A stretch of DNA of 5,089 bases, taken from Paramicrosporidium saccamoebae KSL3. Taxonomy: Eukaryota; Fungi; Cryptomycota. The notes below the pieces were generated by a model. The model was given only the letters and a program-made list of their open reading frames with translations, had not been told where the DNA came from and did no database searches. The stretch covers positions 1 through 5,089 of the forward strand of contig MTSL01000009.1 in the NCBI GenBank assembly GCA_002794465.1. The letters run 5' to 3'. The position numbers and the translations under genes were made by a program. Shown in pieces: positions 1-5,089 of the stretch. The first letter of the stretch is position 1; each line of letters starts with the position of its first letter.

Positions 1-2
1 TA

Positions 3-674
3 TTGCTCTTTGTGGACCCCACCGAAGTCGCTCGTTGTCGAGAGTGGTTCGTAAAATGCGCGACCATGCTGGAAGTCGTCGCCACGGCCAAGGATGGGGC
101 GCTAGGAGACGCCCTCCAGTATATTTGGGAGGATGATGTGCTCTCCCGGAGGATCCGATTGGATCTGACGGTTGATGCCATGAAGCGCATGGACGCTGAG
201 GCGAGGCAGGCACTTGGCGTTGCCCTTCACGCCAAGTCGCCCGATGATCCATGGCTTGAGGAGCATCTACCGGCGCCGCCAAAGAAGAAGGACGGTACAA
301 CGTGCAATGCAATTACCGAGCCTCCGAAGAATCTCACTTTTGGCACGTGGTACCAAGCGGACACTTTTGCAGAGTGTCGATTGTGTAGATTTCGACCAGT
401 AGAGAAGCCGTTCCTGCAGTATGGCATGAGATTTCTACAGGCGACGCTTCAAAGAGCCTATTATTGCAAATTCTGTAGATATTGGACCCTCAAGCTTGGA
501 TTGGTATCAGATCCTGTACCAGTAGAAAGTGAGACTAAGGAACCCGGGCATACCAGCACCGCTGACAATAAGCTCGAAAAAGCAAACAGGCATGACAAAG
601 AAGCTATTAGGAATACAAGGGACGAAGGCATCAGTGAAGAAGGCCCTTCAGCTCGAGTAAATGGCACTAATTAA
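3..674 (+). CDS. Gene A copy 1, 5'-truncated by the window edge. Uncharacterised protein with a CxxC-x26-CxxC putative Zn-binding motif and an acidic/basic disordered tail
   Basis: Open frame from the window edge to TAA 672-674; the track's 'M' is TTG (Leu), not a start. About 67% aa identity (66/98) to reconstructed A2 over the first 98 aa. VKCATMLEVVATA differs from A2 only at five synonymous sites. CRLC starts at 375 and CKFC at 465. Confidence 0.85.
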   Translation: MLFVDPTEVARCREWFVKCATMLEVVATAKDGALGDALQYIWEDDVLSRRIRLDLTVDAMKRMDAEARQALGVALHAKSPDDPWLEEHLPAPPKKKDGTTCNAITEPPKNLTFGTWYQADTFAECRLCRFRPVEKPFLQYGMRFLQATLQRAYYCKFCRYWTLKLGLVSDPVPVESETKEPGHTSTADNKLEKANRHDKEAIRNTRDEGISEEGPSARVNGTN

Positions 675-675
675 A
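670..675 (+). promoter_or_regulatory. Possible polyadenylation signal ATTAAA overlapping the gene A stop
   Basis: ACTAATTAAAAA is conserved at the same position in copy 2 (ATTAAA 3358-3363). It is a variant signal in AT-rich context, so support is weak. Confidence 0.35.
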
Positions 676-992
676 AAATTCCATTCTACAATTCGAATAA
701 TTATATTGGTAGGATCATATCTGATTGGGCAATGGTGAGCGCATAAAATAGCTCCTCAATGTGCAGTATTACAGTTCCAAGATGTAGTTCTGAAAAGAGT
801 TAGTGAATGGGTATTTGGGGAGTTAGATTCATGGGAATCATAAACTTTCAAAAAACTGAGCAGTCTTAGTCTATTTAAATCATAGCGATGCTTGATTTCT
901 GCACTGATTTTAGCGTATGCGCTTGACTCCTTTGTTGTCTGATTACCCAAGACATAGGAATGTTTTTGACATGAAGCTCTCATGCAGACGTC

Positions 993-998
993 TTTATT
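993..998 (-). promoter_or_regulatory. Polyadenylation signal AATAAA for B1
   Basis: TTTATT on the + strand, about 40 nt past the B1 stop. It is positionally conserved in copy 2 (3855-3860) although the surrounding spacer has diverged. Confidence 0.6.
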
Positions 999-1037
999 GA
1001 ATATTACAGCAACTAACAGAACGATATATATGTTTCG

Positions 1038-1850
1038 CTATGCTTCCAGGCCAAGCAGTTCCGGATTCATCAGTAAACGACAACACTGACACTGCCTTTC
1101 CGCTTCTCTCATGAACCAAGATCGTCTTGTATAGTGATTAAATATCACCACCAGGTAATGTGTCAGCAATAATTCACCTCCCGGTCCCTCCAGAATACAG
1201 TTCATGAAACCAAGGAATTGCCGAGTGCACATCTTCCCGTCCAGGAACATCTTGTCCTTCCACAGATAAGGTTCTCCGAACCGAAGAATGACTGTGTGCA
1301 GCTGCCCTGCCAGAGAAAACCCCATTATGAAGAAAAGAACGGCGCCAATACCGAAAAAGTAGCCTGCACCGGACACTGCTATCAGTAGTACGAGTGGGAT
1401 GGCATCGGTGGATAGAACAGCAAGCCAACCCGTCCACTTACTAAACTCGCTCCTGTCGCCGAGGGTAACGTGTCGCTCCCTCAAACAGTCAACTTTGTCC
1501 CATGGATGATAATAACCGAGTGCCAATGAATTGGGCCTGTCCCAAACCGAAAACAGGAATCCAAGATGCTTCAAGTCATGCAGGCCATCAGTTTTTTTTT
1601 TACCGGGACGAATCTTGGCAACGATAAAAGAGCGAATACTGAGTCGCGTAATGAGCCAGTAGAATAAGGGATATGGCACAAGGCCGACCCAGATGGAAGC
1701 ATACATGATCCATCCCCAGAAGGGATAGCAAATATTGACAATGTTCCACACTGTGAGTAACACCAAGAGAGCATCGAGAATAACTGCGAAACATTTCACC
1801 AGTTTTAGCGCAGTTGTATTTCCCTTGGCTGGTCTGAAAGTGACATACAT
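1038..1850 (-). CDS. Gene B copy 1: uncharacterised 270 aa integral membrane protein (about 4 TM, two hairpins) with a Cys/His-containing C-terminal region
   Basis: ATG at 1850 to TAG at 1038. Hydrophobic stretches at about aa 21-41, 44-67, 139-160 and 162-184. About 72% identical to B2 with the frame preserved (one 3-nt indel). TATA upstream and AATAAA downstream. The exact start or first exon is uncertain. Confidence 0.88.
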   Translation of the reverse strand: MYVTFRPAKGNTTALKLVKCFAVILDALLVLLTVWNIVNICYPFWGWIMYASIWVGLVPYPLFYWLITRLSIRSFIVAKIRPGKKKTDGLHDLKHLGFLFSVWDRPNSLALGYYHPWDKVDCLRERHVTLGDRSEFSKWTGWLAVLSTDAIPLVLLIAVSGAGYFFGIGAVLFFIMGFSLAGQLHTVILRFGEPYLWKDKMFLDGKMCTRQFLGFMNCILEGPGGELLLTHYLVVIFNHYTRRSWFMREAERQCQCCRLLMNPELLGLEA

Positions 1851-1968
1851 TGTGGAACGGAGAAAGCGGAGTAGCTTCGCATATATCGTTGTCCAATGGG
1901 AGTGACTCCTGAATAATAACGTGGGATGGCTATTTATAAGCAGTGTGACTATTGGTCCATCAAACTAA
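1851..1968. promoter_or_regulatory. Compact bidirectional promoter between B1 and A2
   Basis: 118 bp between divergent ATGs. TATAAATA on the - strand at 1931-1938, CCAAT on + at 1893-1897 and on - at 1951-1955, TGACTC at 1903-1908. Nearly identical to 4716-4835. Confidence 0.65.
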
Positions 1969-1987
1969 ATGTTATTGGTGCCAAAAA

Positions 1988-2041
1988 GTAATACCACGCA
2001 TCTGATCACTCTCTGCTAATTTAACAACTATGGCAAAATAG
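1988..2041 (+). other. Intron 1 of gene A2 (54 nt, GT-AG)
   Basis: GTAATA donor, GCTAAT branch at 2015-2020, TAG acceptor. Same length and signals at 4855-4908. Confidence 0.55.
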
Positions 2042-2124
2042 ACTGAACGGGTTGCGAATTCCCCAACAATCAGTCCAGGGGAAGATTAGGCCGATTGAAG
2101 CACCAATCTGATGACACCATTTGG

Positions 2125-2177
2125 GTACATTGCACACTCGCTGCTTGAATAGATATTGATAAGCTAATGTGATGCAG
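2125..2177 (+). other. Intron 2 of gene A2 (53 nt, GT-AG)
   Basis: GTACAT donor, GCTAAT branch at 2163-2168, GCAG acceptor. The paralogous intron 4992-5044 keeps length and signals while its interior has diverged and the flanking exons are conserved. Confidence 0.8.
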
Positions 2178-2195
2178 AATCATGAAACTGCTGAA

Positions 2196-2257
2196 GCACA
2201 ATTATTAACCTCAACAGCTCCATAATTGTGCACCACCAGCCAGTCTCATCTCTGTAG
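2196..2257 (+). other. Putative intron 3 of gene A2 (62 nt, non-canonical GC-AG)
   Basis: Pyrimidine-rich acceptor CTCATCTCTGTAG directly precedes the open frame starting at 2258. The donor GAA|GCACAA (copy 3 GAA|GCACGA at 5063) joins NHETAE to VTIERY in phase. The donor is weak. Confidence 0.4.
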
Positions 2258-3854
2258 GTGACTATAGAACGCTATGAGGGCATTGATGCAGATATTATCC
2301 CCAACTTCCCCTCCCCCCTCGAGAGGGTTTACAGCACACTCCTCATGAAATGCCAACAGCTCGGTCTCGAAGATTTCAATACGGAGTGTTTCCACGGACT
2401 GTCCTTCCGGAACACGGGCGGCTTTGGGGGGAAGGCTGCCTCTTATTGCTCTTCATGGGCCCCACCGAAGCCGCTCGTTGTTGGGTGTGGTTCGTCAAAT
2501 GCGCGACTATGCTGGAAGTTGTCGCTACGGCTGAGGGGAAGCACTTGGGAATACTATCTAATATATCTGGGGAGATGACGTGTTCCCGCGGAGAATCCGC
2601 TTGGATCTGACAATTAATGCCATGAAAGCCCATGGACGACGGATCGCGGCAGACACTTGGACTCGTCCTCCACACCAAGTCGCCCGGTGATGTCTGGGTT
2701 GGTGCGCACCTGCCGGCACCTCCGAAAAAGGAGGGCGGTGCGGCCTTAGAATCGCCTGATCTCCCTGCCAGTGTCGCCATTGATCACTGATATCAAGGAG
2801 GCACTTTAGCAGAATGTCGACTGTGCAGATTTCGGCCATCACAAGTGACACTGCTTAGCAAAGTCGCCTTTAGGCTGCCTAAACTGACGCTTGGGTGGAG
2901 CCCGTGCTGTGCCATCTGTGGATATCACACCCTCAAGCCCGAGTTGGTACTAAATCCTGCACCGGTCGTGACGGAGGATAAAAAATCGGGGGACACTATA
3001 CGTAACGGCAATAGCAAGGCAAAATGCGAGTATGTGGGAACTACCAATGGAGACACAAGCCGTCACAATTGTGAAAGTAACGAGACCAAGAAACCTGGGA
3101 GTGCTGGTACCATTGACGACAAGCACGAAAAGCAAGCGGGCACGACAAACGAGCTGTTAAACAACATCAACTTATTATTGGCGAGTCCGACTCAGATAGC
3201 GGTCCCATAGCCCAGTTTGGTTATATTAAGAATGGCCACCTATAAAGAAACCATATGCTTTAATAAAAGTAAGCTCACCCATCAACAGAAGCCATTAGAA
3301 ATACAAGGGACGGAGACGTTAGTCAAGAAGGCCCTTTAGTTTGAGTGAATAGCACTAATTAAAAATTTCATTCTACGAAACCTGGATAATTACATTAGTA
3401 GAATCCTGCCTAATTGATCAATAGTGTGTACACAAAGTAGCTACTCAATGTACAATATTATTACAGTTCCATTGTGGATTCAGTTTTAGAACATATTTCT
3501 ACGTATCGATAACTCCGACAAGAGTTAGTGAAGGGACGGCTGGCAAGCCGTACGACATCCGATATTCTAGACTCTGACGCGTGATTTGGAAGGGTTTGAA
3601 ATCGGGGACAGTTTCAGTGCGTGCACATCCTATAAATGCTTGATTCCCACGTGTTTGTAGAGCATTTATATTGTCTGGCCATTCATACAATAACGACACT
3701 GGGCCACGATTGGAATAGAATGAAAGCGGGAAAGAAAGGAGAGGAAAGATACAATTGGACGCGGGGAGCCTAGTGGCCGGCTCGGAGCATGCTTCAAGTA
3801 AAATTCATTGACTCTTGGTATTGGTGTTTGATGTAATGTTCTTTCCATAAGCTT

Positions 3855-3860
3855 TTTATT
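3855..3860 (-). promoter_or_regulatory. Polyadenylation signal AATAAA for B2
   Basis: TTTATT on +, about 40 nt past the B2 stop, same spacing as for B1. Confidence 0.6.
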
Positions 3861-3899
3861 AAATACTGCAGCAAACATCAGAAAGGTATCTATGGCACA

Positions 3900-4715
3900 T
3901 TACGTTTCCAGGTCACGCAGAACTGGATCCATCAATAGACGACAACACTGACACCGCATTTCTGATGCTCGTAAGAACCACGAGTGTCTTGTGTAATGGT
4001 TGAACAGCAATACATCGTTTAGTGTCAGAAACAATTCACCTTCAGGTCCCTCCAGAACACACATCATGGCGCCGAGGAATTTCCGGGTACACATTTTTCC
4101 ATCCAGGAACATTCGATCTTCCCACAACTCGGGTATAACCAGACGAAAAATAGTCATGCGCAGCTGTTGCGCCAAGGCAATACCCATTATAAAGAAGATA
4201 ACGACACCGATGCCGAGAAAGTAGCCAGTACCGGATAGTGCAATCGGGAGTACGAATGGGATAGCATCGGTGGATAGGACGACAAACCAACCCAACCATT
4301 TGCTAAGCTCTCTTCTATCACCAAGAATAATATGTCGCTCTCTCAAACAGTCAACTTTGTCCCATGGATGATAATAACCAAGTGTCAATGAATTGGGCTT
4401 ATCCCAAACCGAAAACAGGAATCCAAGATGCTTCAAGTCATGCAGGCCATCAGACTTGAGTTGATCTCCAGGGCGAATCTTGGCGACGATAAAGGAACGC
4501 ATGCTAACGCGTTCGATGAGCCAGCAAATGAATGGGAATGAAACAAGGCCAACCCAGGTGGAGGCATAAATGATCCACCCCCAGAAAGGGTAGCACAGAT
4601 TGACAATCGTCCACAGTGTGAGTAAGAACAAGAGCACATCAGGAGCGATGGCGAGGCATTTCACCAGCCTTAGCGTAGTTGTATTTCCCTTGGCCGGTCT
4701 GAAAGTGGCATACAT
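3900..4715 (-). CDS. Gene B copy 2: uncharacterised 271 aa integral membrane protein (about 4 TM)
   Basis: The first in-frame ATG is at 4715 (MYATFRP), matching the B1 ATG. The track start at 4763 is TTG and is not in frame in B1. Stop TAA 3900-3902. No disruptions. Confidence 0.88.
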   Translation of the reverse strand: MYATFRPAKGNTTTLRLVKCLAIAPDVLLFLLTLWTIVNLCYPFWGWIIYASTWVGLVSFPFICWLIERVSMRSFIVAKIRPGDQLKSDGLHDLKHLGFLFSVWDKPNSLTLGYYHPWDKVDCLRERHIILGDRRELSKWLGWFVVLSTDAIPFVLPIALSGTGYFLGIGVVIFFIMGIALAQQLRMTIFRLVIPELWEDRMFLDGKMCTRKFLGAMMCVLEGPEGELFLTLNDVLLFNHYTRHSWFLRASEMRCQCCRLLMDPVLRDLET

Positions 4716-4835
4716 ACTGTGGAACGGAGAAAGCGGAGTAGCTTTGCATATATCGTTGTCCAATGGGAGTGACTCCTGAATAATAACGTGGGATGGCTAT
4801 TTATAGACAGTGTGACTATTGGTCCATCAAACTAA
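4716..4835. promoter_or_regulatory. Bidirectional promoter between B2 and A3
   Basis: TATAAATA on the - strand at 4798-4805. Near-identical to 1851-1968. Confidence 0.65.
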
Positions 4836-4854
4836 ATGTTCTTGGTGCCAAAAA

Positions 4855-4908
4855 GTAATACCACGCATCTGGTCACTCTCTGCTAATTTAAAAACCGTGG
4901 AGAGATAG
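4855..4908 (+). other. Intron 1 of gene A3 (54 nt)
   Basis: GTAATA donor, GCTAAT at 4882-4887, TAG acceptor. Paralog of 1988-2041. Confidence 0.55.
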
Positions 4909-4991
4909 ATTGAGCTGGCGGCGATCCCCTCAACAATCAGTCCAGGGGAAGATTTGACCGATTGAAGCACCGATCTGACGACACCATCCGG

Positions 4992-5044
4992 GTAAATTCC
5001 CCACTTATTGCTTAAATAAACACCACTATGCTAATGTGGTGCAG
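4992..5044 (+). other. Intron 2 of gene A3 (53 nt)
   Basis: GTAAAT donor, GCTAAT at 5030-5035, GCAG acceptor. Paralog of 2125-2177. Confidence 0.8.
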
Positions 5045-5089
5045 AATCATGAAACTGCTGAAGCACGACCATTAGTCTCAACAGCTCCA

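Larger units (their letters stand above)
1..2443. repeat. Tandem repeat unit 1 (A1 3' part, spacer, B1, promoter, start of A2)
   Basis: TATTGCTCTT at 1 recurs at 2444 and CCCACCGAAG at 18 recurs at 2461 (offset 2443). Colinear homology continues through the window. The unit boundary is set arbitrarily by the window edge. Confidence 0.93.
1969..3362 (+). pseudogene. Gene A copy 2, disrupted. Model exons 1969-1987, 2042-2124, 2178-2195, 2258-3362
   Basis: Homologous to A1 from 2444 to TAA 3360-3362. Lesions relative to A1: -1 at about 2535-2540, TAA 2559-2561 (A1 CAG), +1 at about 2625-2631, TGA 2788-2790 (A1 TGG), -1 at 3128-3131, TGA 3342-3344 (A1 CGA). Also an inferred -1 between 2350 and 2431 and a TGA at 2044-2046. 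The track ORFs 2258-2578, 2350-2610 and 2845-3210 are fragments of this gene. Confidence 0.85.
2444..5089. repeat. Tandem repeat unit 2 (A2 3' part, spacer, B2, promoter, start of A3); period 2867 bp, runs off the right edge
   Basis: The offset to unit 1 grows from 2443 to 2688 (A stop), 2862 (B stop) and 2867 (promoter). Net extra sequence in the A2 tail (245 bp), spacer (174 bp), B2 (3 bp) and B2 leader (2 bp) accounts for this. Confidence 0.93.
4836..5089 (+). other. 5' fragment of gene A copy 3 (model exons 4836-4854, 4909-4991, 5045-5062); coding status unresolved, truncated by the window edge
   Basis: Colinear with 1969-2222 at offset 2867. The spliced frame reads MFLVPKN*AGGDPLNNQSRGRFDRLKHRSDDTIRNHETAE, with TGA at 4911-4913. 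Confidence 0.65.

Noticed and set aside
214-667. Small ORFs 214-402 (+), 227-427 (-) and 461-667 (-)
   Set aside because: They are alternative-frame or antisense shadows of A1. The substitution pattern against A2 supports the A1 frame.
756-983. Spacer ORFs 756-983, 3499-3699 and 3666-3878
   Set aside because: Short, not conserved between the two spacers, and with no recognisable motif.
1174-1774. ORFs 1174-1437 and 1571-1774 and their counterparts 4000-4224, 4042-4299 and 4433-4639
   Set aside because: They overlap B in other frames or on the other strand. Their apparent conservation follows from the duplication of B.
1851-1896. Apparent frameshift at the B1 N-terminus (track ORF 1600-1896 MDNDICEATP matching the B2 track start at 4763)
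   Set aside because: Both track starts are TTG, not ATG. The 2-nt indel lies upstream of the ATG shared by B1 and B2, so B1 need not be a pseudogene.
2376-3135. Minus-strand ORFs 2376-2780, 2558-2851 and 2950-3135
   Set aside because: They are antisense to the A2 pseudogene and are not preserved at matching length in copy 1.
2444-3362. RIP (repeat-induced point mutation) as the cause of A2 decay
   Set aside because: Only some stops fit CpA to TpA (TGG to TGA and CGA to TGA do not), several lesions are indels, B is untouched and the region is not visibly AT-shifted. A RIP index calculation would settle it.
3760-3800. GC-rich GGGGAGCCTAGTGGCCGGCTC hairpin, superficially tRNA-like
   Set aside because: The stem is only 5 bp, there is no T-loop GTTCRA or cloverleaf, and it is absent from copy 1.
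1-5089. Prokaryotic, CRISPR, transposon or DNA-virus interpretation
   Set aside because: No short repeat-spacer array, transposase/RT motifs, terminal inverted repeats or Shine-Dalgarno-led operon. Short introns with GCTAAT branch sites favour a fungal nuclear locus over an animal DNA virus, though taxonomy is not proven.

Overview
Eukaryotic DNA, most likely from a filamentous fungus. The evidence is 53-54 nt introns with GCTAAT branch sites, a TATA box and AATAAA signals; the taxon is inferred. The whole window is a diverged tandem array of one two-gene cassette, seen as parts of three copies with periods of 2443 and 2867 bp. Gene A (+ strand, spliced) encodes a soluble protein with a CxxC-x26/27-CxxC motif and a charged low-complexity tail. 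Gene B (- strand) encodes a 270/271 aa protein with about four TM segments. The order is A1(3' part)> <B1 | A2> <B2 | A3(5' part)>. Each B is head-to-head with the next A across only 118-120 bp. B1 and B2 are intact and about 72% identical (194/270, hand alignment). The visible part of A1 is intact, whereas A2 carries multiple frameshifts and stops. A2 and A3 share an in-frame TGA at codon 8 of the spliced model. Identity between copies is patchy: about 97% over the shared promoter, about 96% over one B loop and about 70% in a sampled 3' part of B. I do not recognise either protein family. A toxin/antidote (meiotic drive) or self/non-self role is only a hypothesis.
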